In this document: piece after piece, positions 1 to 15,370 of the stretch
Numbering within the stretch: the first letter of the stretch is position 1
How the letters are laid out: every line of letters begins with the position of its first letter
Assembly (NCBI RefSeq): GCF_009914755.1
Contig: NC_060937.1
DNA: 64,000 nucleotides
Direction: 5' to 3' (one strand)
DNA from: the human T2T-CHM13v2.0 reference genome, Homo sapiens
Notes under the pieces: model-generated
The model's database searches: none
What the model was told of the DNA's origin: nothing
Seen by the model: the letters and a program-made list of their open reading frames with translations, nothing else
Translations under genes and position numbers: made by a program

Positions 1-665
1 CCATTTGTTCACCATTCTTTTATTCTTTCCCATATATTTCACATATGGTGCTCCATATTTTTAGCAGCAACAGTGCAGGTAACATATACTTACAACAGGT
101 GTTCATGAATAAAACCAAATAAAAAGGTAACAGCTCAGAGTTTGCAGTAGAATAATTCCCACTGTTGAGTTCTCTAAGCAGCTATGTAGTTTGTTCCCTA
201 CAGCTATTAAGCAGTGCAAACACATGGAAGACATATAACGATGCAAAGTATTTCTATCTAATCAAACTCTGGAGATGAGAATCACATCTTTGTATTCTCA
301 GCAATGGTTTAGTTAACATACATTTAATAACAGTGCCTATAACTAATGCTCATATTTACACTAATTATTATTTCTATTTTCACACAAAATGAAATTCCCA
401 AAAGCAAAAAAGCTGATGAAATAGAGCTTAGGTATAAGCTCAAATCTTTTTTATTGGCACTCTTTAAGAAAGTTTATTCACCTGATTTCATCACAGGACT
501 TGTGTTAATAGCTAAAGAATTCTATTACAACTATTGTGAAGACAAAAAGCATTCATTATAAATATGAGACACTAATTTTCAAAAGACCTGCAAATCACAG
601 TGATAAAAATCATTCCCAATTAGTTCTTCCTAATACCTTACTTGATTATGATTTTGTTTTCACTG

Positions 666-1009
666 TGTTTTAGTCTGTTTTCTGTTGACAACAAAATACT
701 TAAAGCTGGGTGACTAATGAGAAATGAAATTCTCATTAGAGGGAAGGGCTACATCTGGTGAGAGCCTTCTTGCTGGTTGGTTCTCCACAGAGCTCTGAGA
801 TGGCACAGGGCGTCCTATGGTGAGGGGGCTGAGCATGCTAGCTCAGGTATCTCGTCCTTTTATAAAGGTGCTAATGCCATTCCCATGATAACCCATTAAC
901 TCATGAAGCCTTTAATCCATGAATCAATGAATGGGTTCAACTTTTAATATTGTCACAGTTGAGATTAAGTTTCAACATGAATTTTGGAGAGGACACTCAA
1001 ACCATAGTA
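666..1009 (-). mobile_element. MaLR solo LTR (MSTC-like)
   Basis: Ends tgttttagtc...caaaccatagta; MST motifs catctggtgagagccttcttgctg and cccatgataacccattaa; near-TSD cactg/tactg. Confidence 0.85.
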
Positions 1010-1935
1010 TACTGTTTTGTAATAGTGGCATATAATCTGTAGCACATGACTAACATTTCATAATTCATATTGTTTTTTACCTGACGCATTGTATGGGCCA
1101 TGCATCTCTAACAAAGCTTTAAGCTTTTAGAGAGTATATGTGTTTATTAGTCTCCAAAAGCCCTTAGTACATTGTTACACATGTAGCAGTGTCCCAATAA
1201 AGACATGCTCACTAGCAAAATATAGTCAAAATTTAAAGCATGAATTTAAAAATGGCATGTTCACTGTAATTTATAAATACAAACTACTTCATCACTAGAG
1301 CAAGATTAATAAATGAAAGCACTTGGCAAAACCCCTTCAGATAGATTTATAAGACACATTTATCTTGCTATTCTCTCTTTAAAAATATCTATGACCAGTT
1401 TAGTTCAGATCTAACCTTGAACAGAAGTTACAAAGAGGTATTCCTATTTTATACATTAAAATAAGAAGTAGCTTTTCATTAAATATAATGGATTCAGCAA
1501 ACATGAATAAAAAGCTCTTTGAGTTAAGCTGAATATATGACCCAAAAGAAATCCTAATAAGAAAATTTCAGGATCATAAACAATGTTAATTAAAGATCTC
1601 CACTCAACGTATCTTAAAGCTAGATGTTAAAGTGACTTAACTAAATAAATATTTCCATTGAAAAATAACTATCTTACAAACTTGTGAAAGCAAAATATAT
1701 ACCATATTTCCTAATTTTCCTTTTCACCATGCACTATATAGAATCATTTGGTTATTTTTCTTCAAAGTTATTTCCATAGTGCCTTATCCAAATTAATTCC
1801 AAATTCAGTCTTCAAGGGTTCTCCTCCCTTTCTAGACTTTCTACTGTGACTTCTAAAACCTCATTTATGTGACAGCACTCTCCCTTGCACTCACTGTGTG
1901 TGTATGCTTTCCTAATATGGTGTGATAATGAGCAG

Positions 1936-2315
1936 CTATTCCTTGTTCACGTTGACTATATGTAGATTTTTCAATGTGCATAGTTAACCAATGTATAAAG
2001 TTTGTTTAATAAATTATTATCTTTGTTATATTTTGGACAATCGCTCATGAATATGGTATGGGACATTCCTTATTTCTTTGGCTCAAACAGCTTTGTTGAG
2101 CCTGGTGTCAGTAGTACATCTGGCATTTCCATCTTCTTCATGGAAAATTTCTGGATCTCTCTGAGTTGTCAAGGAACATGCTTCTTGAACCCCACTCCAC
2201 AAGTGCGTTTATGAGTATCTTCTGATCATTCTCTTGTTGATGGCAGAAGAACGCTTCTTTTTAACCTCACCCTTCTTTGTCAGAGCCATTTTGCCTGGCC
2301 CATACTAGAAAAGAC
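1936..2315 (-). pseudogene. RPL31P: Processed pseudogene of ribosomal protein L31 (RPL31), with stops and frameshifts
   Basis: Minus strand reads [94 protein letters not shown], collinear with RPL31. Intronless; ATG at 2289-2287, stop at 1938-1936; pyrimidine-rich 5' leader. Pseudogene number unknown. Confidence 0.93.
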
Positions 2316-2849
2316 TCTCCCAAGCACTCTTAAACCTTATTTCTATTTTATTTTATTAAACCTTACTTTTACACTTTGAACCTTATTGAAAAATAATACT
2401 TTTAATGAAATCTGTTTTTTCTTCATTGTTCAACATACTTAAGTGTGAAGAGTTAGGATTGGACCTCTATGCTCCTAAATGACACTACTACTTTATATTT
2501 TTATTAAAAAAATACATATCAAAAAATTCTTTATGTTTTTAGATATTTTGTGAGGCCCACCTTCTATCTCCATTAGTTCCTGTTGATTTCCAACTGACAA
2601 GCTAACCTATTTCTTTTATTGAAGATTTTCCACTTGGCTCTGCGTCTTCCACAACGCATCAAGAAAGTTATTATAGTCTCTTCAGTATTATGGCCTACCT
2701 GCTTTATAACCCCTACATCTTCTTTCCTTTTTCTGTGCACTTTGTTCAGCATCTTTCTCCACGTTCTTTGCTGTCACCCTAAGATTTTATTTCTCTGAAG
2801 TCACTTAGGTAATCTGGTCTCTTCTACTTTAATCACTCAAGTGCTTTTA

Positions 2850-3560
2850 TCATTCCTACATTTTGACATTAATATTAAACTTTCCTTCTCATGAACCTCT
2901 CTATGTTTTCCTATCTCTCAGCCACCCCTTCACTTCTCTCCCTGTGGCTCATAATTTAAACATTTTCCAGTCAGTAGTCCCAATCTCTTACCTGCTATCT
3001 ATATATGCTATTTATCTGCAGACTCTACCTGACTGAATTCCACTGTCACTCAATTGTCTGCTAAGGGTGTTCTGCTTAAAAACTGCTCTTCTAATTCAGA
3101 CTCCTCTCCATATTTAGAGTAATTTATTGTGAAATGCAAATCTTATCACATTTCTTTCCTACTTACAACTCACCAATGTCTTTATATTATTTTTAGCAAA
3201 AAATCCAGAATCTTATATGTCCCAAAAATATCTTTCGGATTCAAAAATCCTTTTGTCACCTAAACTCCATCAAACTTGCAAATTCATTCTTTGCCATTGA
3301 CTTTCCTTCGTTACTTTATTTCTCTTTAAGACCTTTTTGTTTACTTCTTTCTATACCTTTCTTTACCTTTTACTGTATTATGGTTTCTCTTTGCTTCTCT
3401 AGATCTGAATTACGCTTAATGTCTCAGCTTAAGCATCAATCCTTCCAGGGAGCCCTACATTTCTAACTAATACATTGCACCATAGATACCTCTGATGTAT
3501 GTTTATATAACACTGGGTATAGCTCATCTTAAGGCACTATGAATGTTCTTGTTCAAATGT
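2850..3560 (+). mobile_element. L2 LINE fragment (degenerate)
   Basis: L2 motifs such as aaatgcaaatcttatcacatttctttcctactta and aaaatccagaatctta; CT-rich; boundaries approximate. Confidence 0.55.
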
Positions 3561-3763
3561 TTCTTCTCCTCATCACTGGCTTCTCATTGCTGCTTTAAGA
3601 CAGTCTCCCTTTAAGAATTCCAACTTTGATGCTGATTTATATATATAACTTAGGATCTTGATTGTCATTTAACAAACCCTATTTACTCCTCAACTCTGAG
3701 CAATTCATTTCATTCATGGCATGATTATACCAATTTACATATTTTTTAAAAGAAAGAGAAATA

Positions 3764-4285
<522 letters not shown>

Positions 4286-4459
4286 TCAAGTTTACTCTTC
4301 CCAGTATTTCCAACAATTCTCAGGTCCATCAAGACCTCCAATCTGTGATCCAATAACCATTTCATTGTTTTTCACTCGTGATTTATTCTATTTCTCACCT
4401 TGCAATAGAAATCACTCTAAAATGTAAGCTAAATGACTCACTTCCCTCCTATTACACTA

Positions 4460-4935
4460 TCTTTTCTCACACTTTTCAGTCGCAATGACTGCTATGCTAT
4501 TTTCCAAACATGACAGGCGTATTCCTCCTTTAAGGCCTTTAATATATAACTGCCTTTTTCTCACCTGTTCCTCAAATATTCACTTAACTAAATGGCTCAC
4601 CTGTTCTGGTCTTTTGTTTTGTTTTGTTTTTCTCCCCAGGCCTCATCTTCTCAATTAGTCCTACTTGACCGATCTATTTAACAAATCTTCCCATCCTGCA
4701 TTTTAATTCCTCCTTATTATAGTCTAATTTTTATTTATCTTTTATTTAATAGTGCATTTCATCTTCTAGCATACTATCTTCTAGCATACTGTATAATTTA
4801 TTTATTTCATTTTACTTTTTATGTCCAATAAGGTTAGGTGTCTACATTTTGACTGCTCTATGTATCCCAGTGTCCTTAGATAGTGTTTGGCAAACAAAAG
4901 GCAACTGATAAATAACTGTTAAATAAATAAATACC
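4460..4935 (+). mobile_element. L2 3' end
   Basis: tgtatcccagtgtccttagatagtgtttggca...ataaataactgttaaataaataaat terminus. Confidence 0.7.
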
Positions 4936-5199
4936 TAATTTGTCTAATTACTCTCTTGCTTACATTGTATGCTCAATGGCACTTTTTTAATACTCTTAAA
5001 ATAAAAACAAAAAGCATTGTCTTGCCTCTATCCAACTCTCCATACCCAGTCCTGTGTCCATAAATGTCAAGGATTACAGTAAGCTTCACGTTTAATTCCT
5101 GACAACAGACTTTAAGTGAGCTCTTGATGTTGCCAAGTGAGCATTTCTAATTCCATATCCATGGCCCTTTCATTGTCCCAGGATCCTAGAACACTATTT

Positions 5200-6520
5200 C
5201 ATACCTCTTTCCTCCCCAAACTCTAGCACATCCTTGCCTAAATTTACTCCACTCAGATAATTTTGCTTCTTAGTTCAATAAAAACATAAAATAAACATCT
5301 AACCTTACTGGAGACAAAAAAAAATAAATAGAAAGGAACATCTAAGAATTCCAGTCTTCACATACACCCTCTTACCAGCAGCAACAGCACACATTTTGAT
5401 TATCTGACTCTTAACACAGATGACACATTCATGCTCTCACCTAAAGCTATCCCCCTATACATGCATTAAATCCTGTCTCCTTTTATGTATTCAAGGACAT
5501 CACTCCACCAACCTTTTTTTCCTCTTACATTAAATTTTTTTAGATTCTACTGAATTATTCCAGACAGAATGGAATAAAGAATTTATTTCTCACATTAATT
5601 TTTAAATTGACTGAACACCCACCCTTCCCCTTCATCTAACTGTGCGATGCTCTCCCATACAGGAGAAATTCTTAAGTAAGTTTCCATATTTATGGTACCA
5701 AATTTATTTATTACTTCTTAAAATCAGTACAACAGACTTCTATTCAGAAAACATCTTTGAAACTATTTTCAAGACAAAAAATTTAACATATCGTTAAATC
5801 CAGTGTAAGTTATTCTCATCTTACTTGACCCACCATTAGTTTTGACTTAATTGATCACCTCTCCTTCCTAACATTTTTTTTTTATTTCCTGTATTACTAC
5901 TCACTCACTTTCTTCTTTTTTTTTTTTTCTTTTTTCTTTTTTTTTTTTTTTTTTTGGTAAGTTCCTCCTGGTACCCCTCACTCCTAAGAACTTGAAAACC
6001 CCAGGGTTCAGGTCTTGTCTTCTCTTCTATTTACCACTCTGTTAACACAACCAGTGTTGTGGTGTTACATACTAGCTATGTACTTCTGCCCTCCTAGTTC
6101 TCTGTCTTGAGCCTCTGATCCCTATACCCAACTGCCTTCTTGACATCTTCTCTTAAGTATCTAGTGGATATCTCAAACTAAACACATTTTAAAAATTAAA
6201 CTGATTTTTTTGTTTCATCCATATTTGTCTTTTTTATGAACTTTCAAATTTCAGTTCGTGGCAACTTCAGTTTTTCGGTCACTAAGGCAAAAACCTTTGA
6301 GTGATAATGACTTATCTTCTCACCACTTTCTATAACCAATCTCTCAGGTGGTAATGTTGGTTTTACCTAAAATTTAAGCAAAGGCAAAATAATTTTGTCA
6401 GCTATGGAATTTTATCCCTGATTGGAGCAACTAATTATCATCTATCACCTGAATCACTGTAATAGCCTTATACCCTCTACATTGCTTCTACTCTGTCTCT
6501 TTCAATCTATTCCATACATT
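5200..6520 (+). mobile_element. L2a internal fragment
   Basis: ctcatcttacttgacc, ccccagggttcaggtcttg, tacccaactgccttcttgacatc, aaaacctttgagt motifs. Confidence 0.75.
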
Positions 6521-7109
6521 CCAGCATTACTTTAGTTGCATAAAACTTACATGAATAAATCACACAAACCTTAAGTGTACAAGTCATGAATTTTGTTAAA
6601 TGTATACACTTAAATGATCACTGCCTCATGCAAAATATAGAGTAGTTATAGCACCCCGTAATATTCCTTTTTCTAGGCAATCCGCAGTCCCTGGGCACAG
6701 GCTTGTCTGTGTTGTATTTTCATAGATTAGTTTTATCTAATTTTGAACTTTATAACATAAATGAAATAATATACAATGTGCAACTTTAGCTTCTTTTGCT
6801 TAACACAGTTTTTTAGATATTCTTATTGTTTTTATAAATTAGTAGTTCATTATTTTTTCACTGCTGGCTAGTATTCTATGAACGTAGAATTATTTATGTA
6901 TGCATTTTCCTATTTATGAGTATTCAGATTGTTTAAATTTGAGGGTGTAAATGAATAAAGTTGCTATGATTATTCATGTACAAGTCTTTTTGCAGAAATA
7001 TGTTTTTATTTCCCTTTGATAAATAAGATTGAAATAACTGACTCTTAGGATATGTGTATGTTCAACTTCATAAAAAACTGCAAAACTGTTTTGTTGTTGT
7101 TGTTTGTTT

Positions 7110-7200
7110 GTTTATTTTACTTTAAGTTCCGGGATACATGTGCAGAACATGCAGGTTTGTTACACAGGTATACATGTGCCATAGTGGTTTGCTGCACCTA
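7110..7200 (-). mobile_element. Short L1PA 3'-end fragment
   Basis: ttttactttaagttccgggatacatgtgcagaacatgcaggtttgttacacagg is the antisense L1PA terminus. Confidence 0.85.
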
Positions 7201-7843
7201 CCATTTTAAAGAATGTATCACTTAACAGTCCCACCAGAAATCTATAAGATTTTGAGTTGTCCCGAATTCTCACCAATATTGGTTTAATTTAGTCAAAATG
7301 AAGAATGTTAAGTGACATCCCATCATTGTTTTAAGATTCATTTCCCTGATGACTAATGGTGCTTAACAGCTTCTGTGTGTTTTTGGTCATCTGAAAATTT
7401 TCTTTTGTTAAATGTCTCTTTAAGCCTCTGGCTTATTGTTTCATTGGACTGTTTGTGTTTAGTTATTAATATATCAGAGTTCTGTCAGATGGTTCTTTGC
7501 ACATAGAATCTAAGACATTTGCTCACCTGAAGGTAGCAAAAATATGCTGCTATCGTTTATTCTAAAAGCTATATGGTTTTAGATTTTAGAATAGATGTAG
7601 TAAGAGAAAGCAAAAGAAAAATCAATATGACTTGGCTTTGGCTTTACAGCTATGATAATGTAATTGCTGTGCTCATTTAATTTTTTGTGAGATACGAGGT
7701 TGGGTTCATAAATCTTTGGTTTTTGTTTGTTTGTTTGTTTGTTGGCCTTTTTTTTGCCCAGTTATTATAAGACCATTTTTTGAAAAACTTTCATTTCCTC
7801 ATACAATTAACTTTGCACCTTTGTAGAAAATTAAGGGAAAATT

Positions 7844-8346
7844 TGTATTGATTTTCTATTGGTGCTATAACAGAATGCCATAAACTTAATGGCTGAAAAC
7901 AACACAAATTGATATCATAGAACTATGCAGATAGGACCAAACATGGGTCTTCCTAGGCAAAATCAACTGTTTTCAGAGTTGTGATTATTTTTGAAGGCTG
8001 TAGAGGAAAAACTGCTTCCTGCTTTTTTGGCTTTTGGAGACCAATCACATTGTGTCAAGACCACATTCTCCACCTTCAAAGCCAGCAGGGGCAGGCCAAT
8101 GCTCTTGCCTTCAATAGTCACTTTTCTCTCTGTCTTCTGTTTTCTTCTTCCACTTTTAAGAAGCATTGTTGTGATTATATTGGGCCCACCTAGATGATCT
8201 GGAATAATCTCCCTATTTTAAAGTCAACTGACTCGGAATTTTAATTCAGTCTGCACCCTGAATTCTCTTTTCCTTAGAGATAACATTTTCATAGGTTTGG
8301 GGGATTAGGATGTGGAACTCTTGGGGAACCATTATCCTGCATAACA
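7844..8346 (-). mobile_element. MaLR solo LTR (MLT1D-like)
   Basis: tgtattg...gctataacagaatgccataaactt; gattatattgggcccacctagatgatc; ends ataaca. Confidence 0.85.
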
Positions 8347-8974
8347 TATTATGTATATGTCAGTCTGCTTTTTGACACTCTGCTCGTTTCATTGATCCAT
8401 TTATATGTTTTCACAACAATACTGCACTGTTTCCATTACTAAAGTTAAAATAAAATGAGTATTAATATCAGGTAGTTAAGTCTTTAAACACAATTCCATT
8501 TATTGTTGGTCCTATCCTTTTCCATATAAAAAGATTAATTTTTCAGTTAAAACATAAAAGTTTTTTGGGGTTTGATTGCATCACATTGAATCTATGAATT
8601 AATATTAGGAGAATTAAAAACTAAAATGAGGTTTTTGAATATATTGACATGATGTATTTCTTCATTTGTATAGATTCTCTTTAATTTCTCTCAGCAATAT
8701 TTAATATTTTCAGTGTAGTATTGTTAAATATCATTTCTTAAATTTGTTCCTAAATATTTTGGTATTATTGGAAATGGTACAACTTTTACATCTTTCTTTT
8801 TATTTCCTTGCTACTGGAATATAATGATGATTGCAAGTGGTATATTGGCCCTATGTTCAGCAAGAACACTAAGTTCACTTCTTGTCTTAATATTTTGTGC
8901 TAAATTACTTAAGATTTTACATATGATGTACACAACTATGTATATCATCTGCTGATAGCAACATTACTTATTCT

Positions 8975-10500
8975 TTTTTTGATTTATTGAAGTATAATTG
9001 ATACATAAAAATTGCACATATTTAATATATTCATTTTGGTGAGTTTAGGCATGCACACACACCCATGTTGCTATCACTACACTCAAGATACTAAACATAT
9101 CCAAAACATTCAAATATATCTTTGTGTTCTTCTACGTGTGTACATGTGTTTTTGTTTATGTTGTTGTTTTAGTGGTAACAACATTTTACATGAGTTCCAT
9201 CCCCTTAGTATATTTTAAAGTGCACAATACTGTATTGTTAACTATGAATACTATATTGTACAGATCTCTAGAATTTATTAACCTTGCATAACTGAAACTT
9301 TATACCCATCGAGTAACAATTCTCAATTCCCTGTTCTCACCAGCCCCTGGCACTCACTATTTTCTGTGTCTGTTGTAATAGTTTGATTATTTTAGATACC
9401 TCATATAAGTGAAATCATGCAGTATCTGTTCTTCTGTTACTGGCTTATTTAACTTGATGACCTCTAATTTAATCCATTTTGTTGTAGATTGAATGATTTC
9501 CTTAATTTTTAAGACTGAATAATACTTCATTATGTTTGTATGGCACATTTTCTCTGTCCATCTGACAATAGACATTTAGGATGTTTCCATATCTTGACTT
9601 TTTTGAGTAATGCTGCAGTGAATGAGAGAATGCAGATATCTCTTCAGGATCCTGATTTCAATTCTTTTTAATACATACCTAGAAGCGATATTGCTAAATC
9701 ATATAGTAGTTCTACTTTTTTTATTTTCTGAGGAACTTTCATTCTGTATTTCATATTGGCTACACCATTCTTCATTCCCACCCACCAGTGTATAAATGTT
9801 CCCATTTGTTCACAACCTCACCAGCACTTCTCCCTCCTAGGTATGAGGTAATATTTCACTGTGGCTTTGATCTGCATTTTCCTGATTAGTAATGATGTTG
9901 AACACCCTTTCATCTATTTGGTGGCCATTTAAATGTGCTGTTTGGTTGGGGGGATGTCTATGGTGGTCCTTTGCTCAATTTTTTAATTGGGGTGTTTGTT
10001 TTCTTGCTATTAAGTTGTAAGAGACACTTCTGTATTTTGGATACTAATCCCTTAACAGACAGATGTTTTGCAAATATATTTTCTTATTCTGTAGGTTTCC
10101 TCTTCACTTTGCTTGGTTGTTTTCTTTACTGTGCAGAAGCTTTTCACTGTGATAAAATCTCATTTGTTTATTTTTGGTTTTGTTGCCTGGGCTTTTGTTG
10201 TCACACCCAAGAAATCATTGCCAAAACCAATGTCGATAACATTTTCACCTATTATTTTTTAAGGAGTTTTATAGCCTCAAACATATTACAAATCTACAGC
10301 AATTAAAACAGTATTAAACACACAGTATTATTCAAACATGTGCAGTCAGCTGATGTTCAGCAACGATGACAAGAACACACAATGAGGTAAGGATAGTCTC
10401 TTCAACAAACGATGTTGGAAAAACTGAATATCCACATGCAAAAGAATGAAATTAGACTCCTACCTTATATCATAAACAAAAATCCCCTCAGAAGGGTTAA
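8975..10500 (-). mobile_element. L1MA/L1MB-age element with 5' inversion (10277-10500 in + orientation)
   Basis: Antisense 3' UTR/ORF2 to ~10277, then a sense ORF2 segment (aaggatagtctcttcaacaaa..aaaagaatgaaattagac); degenerate TSD attacttatt/attacctatt. Confidence 0.8.
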
Positions 10501-10699
10501 ATAATTACCTATTTTTTTCTGATATTTATGCCAATTTTTTTTCTCTGTTACACAGTCTACCTCGTGTAATGTTTAATATAGCATTCAAGAATTAGCAACA
10601 AAGCCTTTACCTCAAGCTTAGAATAAAAGCATTTACTGTTTCACAATTACTTTTGGTGATATTCATTTCTTATTATAGAACTGGGGCTCTATTTTATGT

Positions 10700-11480
<781 letters not shown>

Positions 11481-12434
11481 TTGCAATCAGACCATTTAAA
11501 TATAATTAAACTGAATAAATCATCAATAATTATATGCTACATTTATTTTAAAATGCTCTTTTATAAATTTCCTGTATCTTTGTTTGATGGTTGCCATTAT
11601 TCTGTGTGAAATCTTTTTTCTAGTTCCATAATTTCTGAAAGATCACTTTTTTCTGGATTCTTCTTCAATCTTTCAACCCTTCATTCTCAATTTCTGCCAT
11701 TCAGTACTTTTTCTTTTTCACTTGGTGATCTTTCTACATAGATTATTTTTCTCATTACTACTTCATCTAATCAATTGTCAAGACTTGTCAATTTTAATTT
11801 CTGACCCTAGTATTATAATGTAATTCAGGCCCTCATTCTTGTGAGCTCAACCATTATTAAAGACCTGGACTTCTTTCTTCCAGTCTCATTTTCTACTGAT
11901 ACACCTTCAAGTGACACATTAGCAAATACAAATTGAATCTTCTCTTTCCACATTTTTAAACTATTAATTTTTTTTCTATAACCTAAAAGATGCTGTTTAA
12001 GCTGTTCATTCTCGAATTAATACTCTTTCTAATGGTGACCCTGTCTACCTTTGCAGTTCTTATTTTTAATGTTCCTACAATAAAACATTATTTTATGCAT
12101 ACATATGTATGTATTTATTGTATGCATGAAATAAAGCAGATATACTCTTCTTTCCCTCTGTCCAGAACTGGCTTTTTGAAAATTATTTACCCAATTACTT
12201 TATATTTTTTCTTTAAAGAAATATATGATGTCATTTACTCAAGGAAATCTCTTTGTACAAAGTTGTTTATTCTCTATCCCATTTGCTTCACTTTGTACTG
12301 AATAGCATATTTGCATTTACCAGCTTGATAATATTAGTTTATATTTGTGTACTTTCTGGTATTTTCTCCCTTTCATTTTATGTCACCACTGCTTAATAAA
12401 GCCTTTGGGATTCTGGTGGAAATTTATGTTACAT

Positions 12435-12955
<521 letters not shown>

Positions 12956-14076
12956 TTATCTATACAAGAAAATTAAACATTTCAACTCAATGTTTTTTTA
13001 TTTCTAAAATTAGTAATTAGATAAGATTGAAGTAGCTATGATCAATGGCCTACATATTTCCAAACAAAGCACGGTATGGGATATAAATGATATCCTTTAA
13101 TGCCTTTCTCCCCAAATGTCCTTTAAGTTAATCTTAAAATTTTAGTAAGAATTTTGATGATATTTTTATGTTCACATTTTAAAAAATACTTTCAAAAATT
13201 ATTTGAAAATATAATTGACTTTTTTAAGCTTATGATTTTAGGTTATTCAACATGATAAAATTAGCTGAGATGATTAAATAAAATGTTAACAATATTTAGT
13301 ATTTTCTGTAATACATATCTCAAATTTCTTCAGTTCTAAATTATACTATTTTAATTTAGTGCTTCTTGTAAAAATATCACAAAAGCTAATGGTGCACATC
13401 TTTTCTCTACTGCCATAACTCAATCTGAAGAATGAGTTTAAAACATGTATTTACTAAATGTCATAGAGTTTAAAAAGACATACTAAAGTTTAACACAAAT
13501 ACCTATAACTTTACATTAAGTTAAGGGCCCACATTCTTACACAAAAAAAACAGATTCATTTGTCTTTTAAAAGATGATGTTCATTTTTCTCTATACTTGT
13601 TACTAAAAATATTTAAACTTAAAATTATAATGTGAAAATAAGATTATGTGATTCTTCTTATCCACTTCTAAAATGAATGAAGATGTAAATATACTCAATA
13701 CAATTTTGTAAAGGTTGCATTAATACCATGTACATTTTTGTTAGTCGTTTTCTTTTACGAAGATTATATTGACATTAAGAAATCAAGTTTTTCTATATAT
13801 TTTCTTCCAGTCATAAAATTTTCTTAGTGTTGGTATATGTTTTCCCTCATTTCAACATGTTCTTATGAGGGCTTTGTGTTCCAGGTACAAAACTGAGTCA
13901 ACAAAATATTTATTTCATGGCACACACAAGCATTTTTCAGAAGGAGGAAGGAAAAATGTTCCAAAATATGTAATTTCAAAAAAAGGGAATGAATTAAAAT
14001 ATCCTCCTTGTCAAAAAAATATTCCAGACACATAAGGTTCACCGTTTCCCCCAATGTTTAATTCAAAAGGGGATTT

Positions 14077-14203
14077 AGCTGGGCGTGGTGGCAAACACCT
14101 GTAGTCTGAGTTACTTGGGAGGCTGAAGCCAAAGGATCATCACTGGAGCCAAAGAAATCAAGTCTAGCCTGAGCAAGATAGCAAAACCCCATCTGTAAAA
14201 AAA
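14077..14203 (+). mobile_element. FLAM (free left Alu monomer)
   Basis: gctgggcgtggtggc..ttgggaggctga..agcctgagcaagatagcaaaaccccatct plus A tail. Confidence 0.8.
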
Positions 14204-14359
14204 GTAGGATGTTTTACAATTAAAAAGCTTACTATTAAAATTATTTCAATGTTATTGATTATGGTAAAAAAGCTAAAATAAAAATATACCTAATAATATA
14301 CTTCATATAAAAGTTGCTTGCATGTTTGCAATAGACATTTCTAGAAAATAAATACTTAC

Positions 14360-14402
14360 AATTTCTCCCTAAATTTCTAGACAGGAAACACTTCAAAAAT
14401 TC
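14360..14402 (-). CDS. Candidate stop-containing exon (43 nt) of unassigned minus-strand gene
   Basis: ttattccttttag|GAATTTTTGA...AAATT|gtaagtat; gives E-N-F-stop in the chain frame. Confidence 0.45.
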
Positions 14403-14529
14403 CTAAAAGGAATAAAGCCATTTTTTAATTAAGAAAGTAATGCACACATTATTCTTATGATTGGCCACATTTTAACAAATAAAATTCTGTTCCTGCAAAA
14501 CCAAATCAAAAGTATTTTTTCAGTAAATG

Positions 14530-14667
14530 CCTCTAGAGACTTAGTAAAAAAATTAAAGAAGACAGAACCTCTACTTACTCAATTTCATGCAGGTTTTCCT
14601 CTACACATTTAACAGAAAAATTATCAAAATTAATGAATATGTTTTTCTGTATCTGATTTAGTTTCTA
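14530..14667. repeat. Local direct duplication, copy 2
   Basis: See 12435-12570; contains the candidate micro-exon. Confidence 0.9.
14579..14600 (-). CDS. Candidate 22-nt micro-exon
   Basis: tttttctgttaaatgtgtag|AGGAAAACCTGCATGAAATTGA|gtaagt; phase 1 to 2, ENLHEI. Confidence 0.45.
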
Positions 14668-14933
14668 AAACAAATGTAAAATCATTTAGAATAAATAAAA
14701 TTACTACAAATTAGGTAAAATGAATTTCCAAGGAAGAAATACATTTTTTAAATATCTTGATAATCAACAACAAAATATAAATTTTACTTCTTAGCTATAA
14801 TTACTAGTATATTAAAAAAAGAAATATTATTTGATGTAATTATTTATCATGAAAACACTGTGATGGTATTGTTGATAAACCCTTAAAATTTACCATTTTT
14901 AAAATCTTAAAGGCTAAATGCCCTGTACAATAC

Positions 14934-15019
14934 CTGCATTGTTTTTGAAGGCATCAATATGTCTTTGTCTAAATGATTTTCTCCATTGTGAAGTCATCAG
15001 TGTTTCAAATAGTGTTTTA
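14934..15019 (-). CDS. Candidate 86-nt exon
   Basis: ttggtcttctag|...GCAG|gtattg; single open frame KTLFETLMTSQWRKSFRQRHIDAFKNNA, phase 2 to 1. Confidence 0.45.
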
Positions 15020-15342
15020 CTAGAAGACCAATATATTTTTTCATTGATTAATTACCAAGACAGAATATGTAACTGATTTTGAATGGTGAAATGTTATATT
15101 TTCTACAGGAATATAATTATTTTTGATTTGGGAGGTATATATTGATGTCTTGAGATATAAATCTTTCAATATACTTTTCTCAATTTTTTTGTTTTTACCC
15201 CTATAACATGCCTACTCTATAGCAGCCATCTATATGCTAAAAAAGTTCTACTTCATTTGGACTTTACTGCTTGTTATTTTATGCCCATATTTAAATTACA
15301 TGAGCCTAAGATGAATGCATATTTTTGTAGAAATTGGTAAGT

Positions 15343-15343
<1 letters not shown>

Positions 15344-15370
<27 letters not shown>
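15344..15370. repeat. (TG)n microsatellite
   Basis: About 13 TG units. Confidence 0.95.

Larger units (their letters stand above)
6530..10650 (-). mobile_element. Old L1M (MC/ME-like) 3' UTR/ORF2 remnant hosting nested insertions
   Basis: Antisense L1 text resumes across the insertions at 7110, 7844 and 8975 (tcatctgctgatag...|...gatatttatgcc). Confidence 0.75.

Noticed and set aside
2002-2214. 70-aa + strand ORF
   Set aside because: Antisense shadow of the RPL31 pseudogene
4761-4790. Exact 15-bp tandem duplication atcttctagcatact
   Set aside because: Ordinary slippage within an L2 remnant
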